In this document: positions 26,001 to 35,325 of the stretch, one piece after another | Layout: every line of letters starts with the position of its first letter | Position numbering within the stretch: position 1 is the first letter of the stretch | From: Candidatus Delongbacteria bacterium | GTDB lineage: Bacteria; UBA4055 | DNA length: 64,000 nucleotides | Direction of reading: 5' to 3' | NCBI GenBank assembly: GCA_016937995.1 | Contig: JAFGVM010000064.1 | Coordinates: 27,636-91,635, forward strand | Notes under the pieces: model-generated | What the model saw: the letters and a program-made list of their open reading frames with translations, nothing else | The model's database searches: none | What the model was told of the DNA's origin: nothing | Position numbers and translations under genes: made by a program

Positions 26001-26716
26001 GACTAAATATCGATCATCCTGTTGAGGTACTTTATACAAAATCTAGGATTGCTTTTCAAACTTCTGCATCAGGAGCTTATGCTCTTTCGATTAAGTTATC
26101 AGATGAAGTTATTCAGGGAAAGATCACAGATATCCTATCCGGTTCATATACCATCAAATATCTATATGGTGGTAAAAAGGAGAATGATCTCAAAACAGCC
26201 AAAAAATATGCTCTGGAGATAGCTAAATTCGGATCTGCAAAATGTTACTGGGAGATGTCAAGATTAATGACCCAGCAGGCATTTGCTGATAATGATATCA
26301 GTGAAATGAAAAAGATCAGAAGAGACTTGATGAAATGGAGAAAATATACTCAAAGGGCGGGAAATCTGTTTGCAAATGAAACTACGATCAAAATACTTGG
26401 ATTGATGAGTGGAATTAAGACAGAAGCTGTAAAAGTAAGAGACAGATTGTCAAAACTTGAAAAACTGAATGTTAATTTCAGTCTTCAAGGTAAATGCTGC
26501 TATGCTTTAGGACTTCATCATAAAGATATTGATCTTCTCAAAAAAGCAAAGAAATATGCTTTAAAGATGAGAGAATATCCGTTCGTTTTAAGGATCGAAA
26601 AAGAACTATACAGGATCACACAAGATAATTACTGGTCCCGAAGGATGAAAATATCAGAGAAGAAGCTTAAAGAAGTGAATAAGATAAAGAGTATTGAGGA
26701 ATTCTTTGGATACTAA
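23096..26716 (+). CDS. multidomain signalling protein, paralog of the 8023 gene: CHD1 + CHD2 cyclase homology domains - STAND P-loop NTPase - TPR repeats (the track ORF starts at a TTG at 23033; the ATG at 23096 has a GAGGAAG Shine-Dalgarno)
   Basis: CHD1 has FIDISGFT and SFAGDAL (both Asp present). CHD2 has FFIHISEKY and LLSAGSP (Asp absent) but LGSNVNLAARIAF (Asn/Arg present). Walker A is LNGPSGIGKT and Walker B is TLIYIDDLHF. A long TPR-like helical C-terminus gives the same order as the 8023 protein. Confidence 0.75.
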   Translation: MSQLNGAFPKHIHSPEYYMNKQFMFIDISGFTPLCDKFISESSYGAEKIGDLVNTVFNPIIDFVFEKGGDVISFAGDALFVAVEKKSVKAVQDMSQKLIKEQTIDKSLAITIDMLKDEYYPNIIKSAEGSSFSYYPQKDKNDLLKNTFPDEIYEIYQSNFRGELRAVPVFFIHISEKYSINKIRPLLEFITEKSKENSVYINKIEYLDKGWMILLSAGSPVYSSEAPVKIYELLSKFSKKAKTYNIPVQIGGTLQRGYCGIIGNEKRWEFTFLGSNVNLAARIAFSSENYKISCDESFAYSSQNLLKSESIGIKTYKGVGEREIFEITGKINDTKNIFVGREKEVLSCLNFFSGDRRAFVLLNGPSGIGKTVLAEHIIQSLGYKFLIRLKGVFGNESAFSLFDNFCDKNSGAAEIFKKFKAIKQPTLIYIDDLHFADDSSLFMFHRMINEGNPFVNFIATTIGREKVKITPLSYYESLIIDLQPFDPKDIQHITKMISGINITLKTSKMLHRSTQGNPLFITKILPYITKDIENSGKVPYSLQEIILMKLNEIPDKGPEFIDGGSVYGDIFDHGVVREVINLKDKIFRDIVSKAENEGLVRRSLSRDEMEFSNTIIREIIYERLLKKKIDFFRIKIAEAIVDSKTKDLKKLYKAVTMYFSANDNRALPLALKLVEEFKRTKDHGTLRSIVQRSFEFIKKNNLYSKAYDFIELFSRSSQFVIGAKLTTILEEIAFKITDWRNNEKLLLYIARLVFEIQFKAPEELLKKYLELKGEDKHYLWTKVKTCAYVIPQNEAVKIFYDLKNKFEGNERVEFYIDFVGYAFFITGNVDMEKEGIKELQRLESSMPVYLKVSYLFIKNSIAIHRDDMTESKKCLDEITSYNKKDVDLSDSFSIYNDYSILYLNLAYENFDKEYIKRSLKYSIKAVKAMTDLQIEADLPLMTTNLASYYMTSGYVKKAERTYLEGLYYGLNIDHPVEVLYTKSRIAFQTSASGAYALSIKLSDEVIQGKITDILSGSYTIKYLYGGKKENDLKTAKKYALEIAKFGSAKCYWEMSRLMTQQAFADNDISEMKKIRRDLMKWRKYTQRAGNLFANETTIKILGLMSGIKTEAVKVRDRLSKLEKLNVNFSLQGKCCYALGLHHKDIDLLKKAKKYALKMREYPFVLRIEKELYRITQDNYWSRRMKISEKKLKEVNKIKSIEEFFGY

Positions 26717-26729
26717 TAGCAGGTATGAA

Positions 26730-27521
26730 CTATCTTCCGTACTTATAGAATAATTTATTTACCCATACCGGCATAAATCTGAGGAATGTTTTTGCCAATA
26801 TTTTAGGTATCTGAAAATAACCGTGAAGTTTTTTTACCAGAAAAAAAGAAACTCTCATTTCATTTTTAACGTTGCTGAATAGAGTTCTGTTCTTCCAGAA
26901 CTTATCTGTAACCCTGAAATATATCAACGGTTCATGAATGTTATTCATTTTAACATTTTTAACGACTGCTCTAGACCAGAGATCATAATCCTGACTTTTT
27001 CTGTAATTCTCGTTATAATATCCGACAACATCAAAGAACTCTCTTCTGAAAGCTACAGATGGGTGAATGAAAGGATTTCTTGTAAATGCCCATTTTTTTA
27101 TGTCTACCTGGTAAGGCATATTTTTATAGAATATCTCTGCTCCGTCCTTATTAATCTCAATACATTCTGTACCGATTAACATAAGATCTTCATCGACTTT
27201 AAATTCTTCCAGAGTTCTCTCGAATCTTTTACGGTGAGAAATGTCATCAGCGTCCATTCTGAAATAAATATCAGCAGGATATTTTTTTAATGCTTTGTTC
27301 AAGGTTGCAGCAAGACCGATATTTTCTTCATTTCTCATGATGGTGATCCTGCGATCGTTCAGAGAATTAATGTACAGGTCAATATCTTCATTAGTTTTAC
27401 CATCTATACAAAGTATAAGATCAAAATCAGAATATGATTGAGATAGAATACTGTTCAGAGCCAATTTGAAATACTTTAGCTCATCACTGAGGGAAACAGG
27501 TAGTAAAACTTTGATATTCAT
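26730..27521 (-). CDS. family 2 glycosyltransferase
   Basis: A GT-A fold N-terminus (LILCIDGKTNED...DADD), 263 aa. Confidence 0.6.
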   Translation of the reverse strand: MNIKVLLPVSLSDELKYFKLALNSILSQSYSDFDLILCIDGKTNEDIDLYINSLNDRRITIMRNEENIGLAATLNKALKKYPADIYFRMDADDISHRKRFERTLEEFKVDEDLMLIGTECIEINKDGAEIFYKNMPYQVDIKKWAFTRNPFIHPSVAFRREFFDVVGYYNENYRKSQDYDLWSRAVVKNVKMNNIHEPLIYFRVTDKFWKNRTLFSNVKNEMRVSFFLVKKLHGYFQIPKILAKTFLRFMPVWVNKLFYKYGR

Positions 27522-27621
27522 TAACAGGTCTTATCTTTAATTTTTAGCTACAGTATGAAAAATATAGTATTTTAATGAAATAGTAAAGAGGAAAATGAGA
27601 CTGAATTATAAAACAATTTCA

Positions 27622-28755
27622 TTAAGTAATATGTACTTTATCGTTAATCATGGATTGGTATAATTCTGAATATTTATCTGACATAGCTTGAGAAGAAAAG
27701 TGTACTTTAATAATTTGTGAACAATCTGTTTTATTATGCAGCAATTCTATAGCTTGTTTGAGTTTGTTGGATAGTGCAACAGAATCATTATTCTTAAACA
27801 AAACACCAACATCACTTTTGTTAAAATAGGTAAGAATTTCTTCAAATGCTGGGATATCTGAAAGTATACAGAATAATCCACAAGAAATAGCTTCGGTCAC
27901 AACTAATCCAAATCCTTCAGTTAAAGATGAACTTATAAAGACATCAGAAGCTTGATAGTAATCTTCGACATTAGTTTGTCTTCCAACAAATTTAATATTA
28001 TCAGAACTATTAGATAAAGTCTTACATTCTTCTAATAATTCTCCGTCTCCCACAAAAATTAGTAATGACTTTTCAACTTCTGAAATCATAAAAGCTTTAA
28101 TTGTTGTGATAGGATCTTTTAGTTGTGTTAAATGGCCTACAGATAAAAAAACAACTCGATCAGCAGGTATTTTAAGCTTATCTCTTAATTTTAATTTTGC
28201 AGATAAAGGAATAGAAAAGAATTTTTTTGAATCTATGCCATTATAAACAACAGAAGTATTGAGAGAGTATCGATTTTTTAAATGCTTGGAAATACTTTTT
28301 GAGATTGATACAGGTTGGCTTATCTTTTTCAAAATCTTCATGTGAAAATACAGCATAATATTTCCTAAGAATTTACCGTATCTTAATAGGTAATCTTTAT
28401 TTGGAAAATTATGAATTGTAGAAACTGTGCTATATTTTTTTGAGAATATCGAACACAAATAATCACTTCGAATACCATGAGAGTGTATTAAGTCAGGATT
28501 GATATTGTTGATTATTTTTGAAGTATTTCTTTTCAAAAAAAAGATACCTTTTAGTCTTGATAGTTTAACCTGACTAACATCCGATCCTTCTTTTACGAAT
28601 TCATCAATAAGTGAATGTTGTGGTTCTTTTGACAATGTAATTATAAAAACATCAAATAGTTTTTTATCAAGGTTTTTAACAATGCTCAATAGAACTTGGA
28701 CTGGTCCACAATTTTTAAGAGTTGATACGATATATACTATTTTTATTTTTTTCAT
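27622..28755 (-). CDS. family 4 (GT-B, GT1-clan) glycosyltransferase
   Basis: C-terminal GT-B block with the E-x7-E motif (LTEGFGLVVTEAISCGL), 377 aa. Confidence 0.65.
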   Translation of the reverse strand: MKKIKIVYIVSTLKNCGPVQVLLSIVKNLDKKLFDVFIITLSKEPQHSLIDEFVKEGSDVSQVKLSRLKGIFFLKRNTSKIINNINPDLIHSHGIRSDYLCSIFSKKYSTVSTIHNFPNKDYLLRYGKFLGNIMLYFHMKILKKISQPVSISKSISKHLKNRYSLNTSVVYNGIDSKKFFSIPLSAKLKLRDKLKIPADRVVFLSVGHLTQLKDPITTIKAFMISEVEKSLLIFVGDGELLEECKTLSNSSDNIKFVGRQTNVEDYYQASDVFISSSLTEGFGLVVTEAISCGLFCILSDIPAFEEILTYFNKSDVGVLFKNNDSVALSNKLKQAIELLHNKTDCSQIIKVHFSSQAMSDKYSELYQSMINDKVHIT

Positions 28756-28756
28756 A

Positions 28757-29842
28757 TTATAATTTTATCATTTCATTCCATTTATCCATATATTTATCTA
28801 CAGAAAGAGTGTCAGATATTTTTATAGCATTATTACCCAAATTTCTTCTTAATTCACTATCTGTAAGTAAAAGTCTTATTTTTTCGCTAAGTTCCTCGAT
28901 ATTTTCATTTTGAATAAGAATACCGTTAACATTATTTTCAATTATATTTCTAGGCCCATTCGGACAATCTGTTGAAATAACAGGTAAGCCTGCAGACATA
29001 GCTTCAGCTATAACCATTCCGAAAGATTCGGATTTTGACGACAAAACGAATATGTCTGATTGGACCATCTTTTCTACTATATTGTCAACTGGATCATGAA
29101 TGATTATTTTTTGTTCAAGACCTAGGTTGTTAATTAAATTATTTAAATTACTTAACTCTGGGCCTGAACCATAAATATTCAATTTTAATTTCGGGAACTC
29201 TTTTTCTACTTTAGAAAAAGCATGTACAAGGATATCAAAACCTTTGTCTTTTATCAATCTACCTACGCTTATCAATTCGTATTTTAAATCGCTATAATTT
29301 GTTTTAAATAAGCTGGAATTCATAATAGGGTTGTATACAACATGTATTTTATTGCTCAATACTGATGAAAAAAAAATCTTATCCTCAGGAGTAATAACAG
29401 TGATTGCTTTTGTAAGTTTATATGTTTTTATTCTCAGAAATTCCCATATATTGCCGATTTTTTTAAAGCAAAGTGCAAAATGCTCAGTTGCAATTACTGG
29501 AATTTTAGTTTTGAATAGAGAGATTATGGTTAAAATATTCAATATATCTGCAAATGAAATAATTAGGTCGGGTTTTGTTCTTAGAATCGCTTTCCTAATC
29601 TTATATAGTGTTACTGGAAAATATAATGATTTTAAGACAGGATTTTTGATCTTGCCGAGTATGTCAGTTTTGATCAATTTGATTTGGGGATCCAACGGAT
29701 AAAAACTATTTTTAGAAGTATCACTGACTGTTAATATAGTAACTTTATGATCACGCTTCACCAATTCAGATGATAGGATGGACATTACTCTTTCAGTTCC
29801 CCCAGAGTTACTCATTTTTGATATTATTAAAGTTATTCTCAT
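28757..29842 (-). CDS. family 4 glycosyltransferase
   Basis: SESFGMVIAEAMSAGLPVISTDCPNGP, the GT4 E-x7-E signature, 361 aa. Confidence 0.65.
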   Translation of the reverse strand: MRITLIISKMSNSGGTERVMSILSSELVKRDHKVTILTVSDTSKNSFYPLDPQIKLIKTDILGKIKNPVLKSLYFPVTLYKIRKAILRTKPDLIISFADILNILTIISLFKTKIPVIATEHFALCFKKIGNIWEFLRIKTYKLTKAITVITPEDKIFFSSVLSNKIHVVYNPIMNSSLFKTNYSDLKYELISVGRLIKDKGFDILVHAFSKVEKEFPKLKLNIYGSGPELSNLNNLINNLGLEQKIIIHDPVDNIVEKMVQSDIFVLSSKSESFGMVIAEAMSAGLPVISTDCPNGPRNIIENNVNGILIQNENIEELSEKIRLLLTDSELRRNLGNNAIKISDTLSVDKYMDKWNEMIKL

Positions 29843-29859
29843 TTGATCTATACAATTCC

Positions 29860-30864
29860 CTAAAATAATCTTGATTTTTTGTTCTTGTAGATATTGAAGT
29901 ATATATTGTCGAAATATAAAAGCATAATTGATTTAATCATAAGTTTATAATTTTTAAATGGATTCATATAAAATGCTCTTCTAAGGAAATATTTTATTAT
30001 CTTCCTTTTTCTTAAACTGAAATATTTTTTTTCTTCTTTCAATACGGCCCAATTTGTAAGTATCATAACAGTAGTTCTGACAATTTTGTCATACTTAACA
30101 GCATTTATGATCTTCGAATCCTCTTTTTGGTCTATGAATTTTTTTTCCAGATGGTAGAGTGATTTCAATATTGTAAGATATTTTAGATTTTTCAGATTCT
30201 GCATTGTTCCCTGATCATGTCTGAGATAAATTAGAAGCTCTTTATTAACACAGCTAACTCTATTTGCTTTGGCAAGTGATTCGTAGTTAAATATCTGATC
30301 CTCACCATAGCTGATATTTTCATAAAATCTGATCTTATTATTTTCTAATAACTTTTTATCGAATAAAATGCTCCAAATGTACATATATGTTTCAGATTTA
30401 AGGTATTTCAATAAAACATCTTTTCCGGATAAAACACCTTCTGTGTATTTATATCTATCCAGGTATGTTCTGAAAACAGATCCGTCAGTCAAGACTTCAG
30501 TATAACCACAATAGACCATATCTGAACCATTTTCAATGATTTTATTATACATTAATTCAAGGTAATTATTTTCCACATGATCATCACCGTCAATGAAACA
30601 AATATATTTACCGATCGAAAGTTCAATCCCGATATTTCTACTTTTACTTACCCCTTTATTTTCTTGGTCGATCACACGATAATTTGAGAAAATGTCCTTA
30701 TAAGAGTTGATCACATCCAAAGTACTATCAGTTGAACCATCGTTTACAACTATTATTTCAAAATTTTGGAAAGTCTGATTTTTTAAACTGTCCAATGTTT
30801 TTGATACGAAGTTACCAACGTTAAATGCCGGTATTATGACAGTGATATATATATCGTTGATCAT
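29860..30864 (-). CDS. family 2 glycosyltransferase
   Basis: VIIPAFNVGNFVSKTLDSLKNQTF...IVVNDGSTD...FIDGDD GT-A motifs. Confidence 0.7.
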   Translation of the reverse strand: MINDIYITVIIPAFNVGNFVSKTLDSLKNQTFQNFEIIVVNDGSTDSTLDVINSYKDIFSNYRVIDQENKGVSKSRNIGIELSIGKYICFIDGDDHVENNYLELMYNKIIENGSDMVYCGYTEVLTDGSVFRTYLDRYKYTEGVLSGKDVLLKYLKSETYMYIWSILFDKKLLENNKIRFYENISYGEDQIFNYESLAKANRVSCVNKELLIYLRHDQGTMQNLKNLKYLTILKSLYHLEKKFIDQKEDSKIINAVKYDKIVRTTVMILTNWAVLKEEKKYFSLRKRKIIKYFLRRAFYMNPFKNYKLMIKSIMLLYFDNIYFNIYKNKKSRLF

Positions 30865-32097
30865 TTAGTTCTCATTTATAATTTCTAAATATTCATTGAT
30901 AATTCTTTTGGAATCAAAATCAAATGCTCTGGCCTTACCTTTATCTGAGTAATCTTTACTCATATTTTTATCATTGAGCAAAACTTTTATTGCATCTAAA
31001 AGAAATTTCTCTTCATTCGTTAATGGTTCATAAGCATTTCTGAATTTTCCATCGCAAACTGGCGTTAATATACCAAATTCAGCAAATTCAATTTTATCTT
31101 TCAAGTTAACATCCCGGGAGCCTGGAGCTAATATCTCTCTAGGACCAGCTTTACAATCAGGGAATATCACAGGCAAACAACAGATCATTGATTCAACTAT
31201 AACATTTCCAAAACCTTCAAGTATTGAACTTGAAACAAATATGTCAGCACTTTTTAGAAGATTATATGGATTTTCAGTATAATCAATGAATCTGATACAG
31301 TCTTCCAGGTTTAACTCATTTATTAGGGTTAGTAACTGATCTTTTATTTTGATCTCAACATCTAAAAAGGCTTCACCGATTATTACGAGTTCTATGTCTG
31401 CAAATTCCTTTTTTACCTCTGAAAATGATCTGATTAAATGCCAAAAAGCTTTTGTATGACAAATCCTTCCGATTGTAATTAATCTTTTGGCATTAGATTT
31501 TTTTTGGAATTCTGTCGAGAGTGGTTCTGAAGACCGTTTGATAATGTCATCAGTATTAAACGGGTTGTATATCGGGACGATCTTTCTTTCCTGAAGATTA
31601 AAATTAGATACAAGGTCTTTTTTTAATGATCTGGATACAGTAATAATTTTATCACTTTTGTTATATAAAAACCGTATCAAGACTTTGTTAACAACGCCTC
31701 TGAAATCCCTCCTTTCAGATTCCTCTTTCGACTTGTAGCTATGAATTGTAAGTATGGAGTTATTAGTTGATCTAGATAGAATGTTTAAAATGTTAGGGTG
31801 TTCACCAAAAGAAATTATTGATCCGAGATTATATTTTTTAACAAAATTTCTTAACATGAAAAATTTCTTAAAACTTCTGGTAAATCTGTGTATTATTTTA
31901 TTGGATTGAGCATTTTGATCTAATATTAAAAGTTTACCTGAAAAATCAAATAACCTGTTCTTATTTGAGTATACAATGACAAAAACATTATAATGCTTTG
32001 AAAGCTCATTTGATAATGTCGTTGCAACCCTTTCGATCCCACCGATCACATTAAAATCTCTGAGCAATAAACCGATATTATTTTTATTTTCTGTCAT
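30865..32097 (-). CDS. family 4 glycosyltransferase
   Basis: C-terminal ILEGFGNVIVESMICCLPVI GT-B motif, 410 aa. Confidence 0.6.
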   Translation of the reverse strand: MTENKNNIGLLLRDFNVIGGIERVATTLSNELSKHYNVFVIVYSNKNRLFDFSGKLLILDQNAQSNKIIHRFTRSFKKFFMLRNFVKKYNLGSIISFGEHPNILNILSRSTNNSILTIHSYKSKEESERRDFRGVVNKVLIRFLYNKSDKIITVSRSLKKDLVSNFNLQERKIVPIYNPFNTDDIIKRSSEPLSTEFQKKSNAKRLITIGRICHTKAFWHLIRSFSEVKKEFADIELVIIGEAFLDVEIKIKDQLLTLINELNLEDCIRFIDYTENPYNLLKSADIFVSSSILEGFGNVIVESMICCLPVIFPDCKAGPREILAPGSRDVNLKDKIEFAEFGILTPVCDGKFRNAYEPLTNEEKFLLDAIKVLLNDKNMSKDYSDKGKARAFDFDSKRIINEYLEIINEN

Positions 32098-33118
32098 ATT
32101 TGATCGAACATTTTAATAAGAATTTTAATTTCAATACAAACCCCGGGTTAAATTTTTGTGAATAAATGAATTCTGAATAAATATCTTTTGTTTTCAATCC
32201 GAATTTTGTTGAATTAGTACAAACTGAGAACCAGTATTTTGATATTATATTTTTAAAAATGTTGTGCTGATATATTTTATTATCATCATTTGCTTTGATC
32301 AGGTTATTTATCCAAGCAAGTATCAGTTTAAGATCCTCAAATTTATCAAGAATTTTATTGGTTGATAAATTTATATGAGTTGTGATTTCTGATTCATCAG
32401 GTTTTAAACCAAGAACTTCCAACTGAGCCAAGAAGATCCTCTTCAAGAAAGTTTTTCTATAATCTTTAGTAGTCGAATTTGTAATATTTGAACTTAAGAA
32501 ACGGTATTTTAATAAAGGTTCAGTGAGATTCGCAAATTTTGTATATTTAACCATTCTAGACCAAAGCTCATAGTCCTGACTGATTTGAAATTCTTCGTTA
32601 TAACGGAATTTATGCTCATCAAGTACTGATTTTCTCATAAACACCGTTGGGTGCATGATCACATCTCTAAATAACAATTCAACCTTTATCTCATCATGCG
32701 ACAATGGAAGTTCTGTGAGTTCATTATATTTGCCAAAAAATTGAATATTCGTACCTAAAACTCCCACATCAGAATTATCCTCCATGAATGAGTACTGTTT
32801 AAGAAATCGTTCAGGTTTAGAAATGTCGTCTGAGTCCATTCTTGCTATATATTTTCCCTTTACAATATCAAGCATTTTATTCAAATTTTTTGTAAGACCA
32901 ATATTTTCTAGGTTTTTTAGCAATACTATTCTATCATCTTGCTTCGCATAATCTTCTAGAATTATTAACGAAGTATCAGAAGAACAATCATCTGTAATTA
33001 TAAATTCAAAATCAGAAAACGATTGGTTTAAAATGCTGTCAACAGATTCTTTTAAGTATAACTCGCTGTTATATACAGACATTATGACAGATATTTGAGG
33101 AGTGTTTTTAGAATTCAT
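32084..33118 (-). CDS. family 2 glycosyltransferase
   Basis: VIMSVYNSELYLKESVDSILNQSF...ITDDCSSD...RMDSDD GT-A motifs. Confidence 0.7.
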   Translation of the reverse strand: MNSKNTPQISVIMSVYNSELYLKESVDSILNQSFSDFEFIITDDCSSDTSLIILEDYAKQDDRIVLLKNLENIGLTKNLNKMLDIVKGKYIARMDSDDISKPERFLKQYSFMEDNSDVGVLGTNIQFFGKYNELTELPLSHDEIKVELLFRDVIMHPTVFMRKSVLDEHKFRYNEEFQISQDYELWSRMVKYTKFANLTEPLLKYRFLSSNITNSTTKDYRKTFLKRIFLAQLEVLGLKPDESEITTHINLSTNKILDKFEDLKLILAWINNLIKANDDNKIYQHNIFKNIISKYWFSVCTNSTKFGLKTKDIYSEFIYSQKFNPGFVLKLKFLLKCSIKYDRK

Positions 33119-34397
33119 TCTGGATAGCTTTTTTTCTTATTACAAATTTCTGAGAAATAAATATAATGATAAAAACTGAACCTACACTCCAAATATACCT
33201 GAATTCCCATTTAAGTAATCCCATGATACTAACGAAAAATACTAATAGTAAAAGTGAAAAACTTACGATAGAATAATTTTTACGGAATGTATTAAAAGTA
33301 AGAGAATTAATTACTCCTATAATGTAGGAATATAGTGCTATCCCAAAAATTCCTGCATCTCTATAGAATGTATACAGCATCGTATAATGTGAGTTGTGAT
33401 TTATTGCAGAACCGCCAAGGCTTCTGTATGTTGCAGTAATTTCATGAAATGAGTTATTGATATTCGCAAAAGGTATGGATATTTTCTTAAAAATGATATC
33501 TAGGATCCAATCTATTCCGGCTATAAAACCTCGAAAGTATGAATAATCATAATCAATTCCCACTTTATAATTATTCAAAAAGTAGTCAAAAGCAGTGAAT
33601 GGACCTGCAAAGTACCAAACGAAATAATTCTTAATTATTGAAAATGGATCAAGAGATTGATTTGAGGTTCTGAATGTGCTCATAGAAATTATAAATGTAA
33701 TTAGCAATAAAACACTAGCAATATATCTGAGCTTAATTTTCTTTTTATCAATAAGAAAATAAAAACCTAAAAAAAGATTTATAACAATTAAGAAAATAGG
33801 AAACCTTCCAATTGTAGATATACTGTATAAAATTAGGTTCAAAAAAGATATGAATAGAAATCTCTTTGGTAACTTCTCCAACAAAACTCCTGCAATTGAA
33901 ATGAACGAACATGCATAAAGGCTTGGTTTTACAAAATACGCAAAATATAGCAGATAATTTCCATATAGTCCTTCAGAAGAATATACCATACCTCTAAAAG
34001 TACCAGGATTAAGATTTCTTAACATACCTATTGTTTTCTGGATCATTAAAATTAGAATGATAGTAATGAAAAATTGGAAATAAAAAAATAATTTTAATTT
34101 AATTGAATTATTTATATTGAAGTCAAGCTTTTTAACTTTTTTCAATAATAACTTCTTATTACTTAAAAATGTTATGCTTCCTACAGAAAACATTATCAGA
34201 GATAAAATAATCAATTGATATGCATACATACTTGGTAGCCTCATTCCTATCAAATTGAAAGTAGATAGAAAAATAAATCCACCCCACCAAATCACATAAA
34301 TTGTGGTTGGATTTGCTAAAGTCTCTGATTTTACCCATGCCAGAAAAATTGAGAGAAAAATAACAGAAAATAAAATATAATAAAATGAATCAGGCAT
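33108..34397 (-). CDS. O-antigen/oligosaccharide repeat-unit polymerase (Wzy-like) membrane protein
   Basis: A 429-aa polytopic membrane protein with no soluble domains, sitting between the glycosyltransferases and wzz. This is the typical Wzy position and topology. Confidence 0.5.
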   Translation of the reverse strand: MPDSFYYILFSVIFLSIFLAWVKSETLANPTTIYVIWWGGFIFLSTFNLIGMRLPSMYAYQLIILSLIMFSVGSITFLSNKKLLLKKVKKLDFNINNSIKLKLFFYFQFFITIILILMIQKTIGMLRNLNPGTFRGMVYSSEGLYGNYLLYFAYFVKPSLYACSFISIAGVLLEKLPKRFLFISFLNLILYSISTIGRFPIFLIVINLFLGFYFLIDKKKIKLRYIASVLLLITFIISMSTFRTSNQSLDPFSIIKNYFVWYFAGPFTAFDYFLNNYKVGIDYDYSYFRGFIAGIDWILDIIFKKISIPFANINNSFHEITATYRSLGGSAINHNSHYTMLYTFYRDAGIFGIALYSYIIGVINSLTFNTFRKNYSIVSFSLLLLVFFVSIMGLLKWEFRYIWSVGSVFIIIFISQKFVIRKKAIQNEF

Positions 34398-34402
34398 CTA
34401 CT

Positions 34403-35266
34403 TTACTCTTTAATTGCCGCAAAGATCTTCTTAAATCCCGGTTTCAATGAAACGATCAGGACTGAAAACAATCCACCTAAAAACGTAGTCATTATGACCA
34501 TGAAAGATCTTTTTGGATATATTCTTTTTGAAGGTATGTAAGGTTTATTGACTACTGTAAAAACATTTGAGGATAAAACGAACTTATCTTCGATCTTGGT
34601 TGACAGTTTCTTTTCAAGCATTTGTATAACTCTTGAATCCTTAGTTTTATTTATTAGATCCTCATAAAACTCAATATCAGCCTGCAGATTTTCAACATTT
34701 TGATTTCTTATATAGTCTCTAAGGGTAATTAAAATTTCATTCATAAGCTCATAAGCAAAATATTTATCCTTCAATTTAACAGACAGACCTATAGTATTAT
34801 GATCAGTATTCACTGCGTATTTAATTACTTTTTCAAGAATTTTAATTGCAGTATCATGTTTCATCTGTTCTTTTAATTTTTTATCAGGCTCGATTTTATC
34901 AATTTTAGATAAAATATCTCCAAACAACCGTTCTTCTTTTTCGTATTTCTTATAAAATATTTCAAGGAAAGTATTGGATTTTAATGTTAGTAAGATCTGA
35001 TTTATCACAGGTGTACTTGTATAGCCACCAAGTGAAAATCCCATCAAATTAGTACTGGATTCCAATGATGTTTCCTCAGATGCTTCTGCGGGTTTAATGA
35101 TTGCATTCACTTCATAAATATGATCAACTACCAGTGAATAAATAATACTTCCAATTGCGAAGATCATTGTTATTAGTATAACCTGATATCTGTCTTTCCA
35201 AAGATTACGGATAAGATTATAAATGTTAAATTCATCCATCATGTCTTTCTGTTCTTCATTGCTCAT
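34403..35266 (-). CDS. polysaccharide chain-length determinant (Wzz-like) protein
   Basis: An N-terminal charged segment and then a transmembrane helix (YQVILITMIFAIGSIIYSLVV). The periplasmic coiled region and C-terminal transmembrane helix are typical of Wzz. Confidence 0.55.
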   Translation of the reverse strand: MSNEEQKDMMDEFNIYNLIRNLWKDRYQVILITMIFAIGSIIYSLVVDHIYEVNAIIKPAEASEETSLESSTNLMGFSLGGYTSTPVINQILLTLKSNTFLEIFYKKYEKEERLFGDILSKIDKIEPDKKLKEQMKHDTAIKILEKVIKYAVNTDHNTIGLSVKLKDKYFAYELMNEILITLRDYIRNQNVENLQADIEFYEDLINKTKDSRVIQMLEKKLSTKIEDKFVLSSNVFTVVNKPYIPSKRIYPKRSFMVIMTTFLGGLFSVLIVSLKPGFKKIFAAIKE

Positions 35267-35325
35267 TGCTATATCCTATTGTCCTTTAGTATTAATAATG
35301 ACTTTGTTATACGTATAAATTTGAT

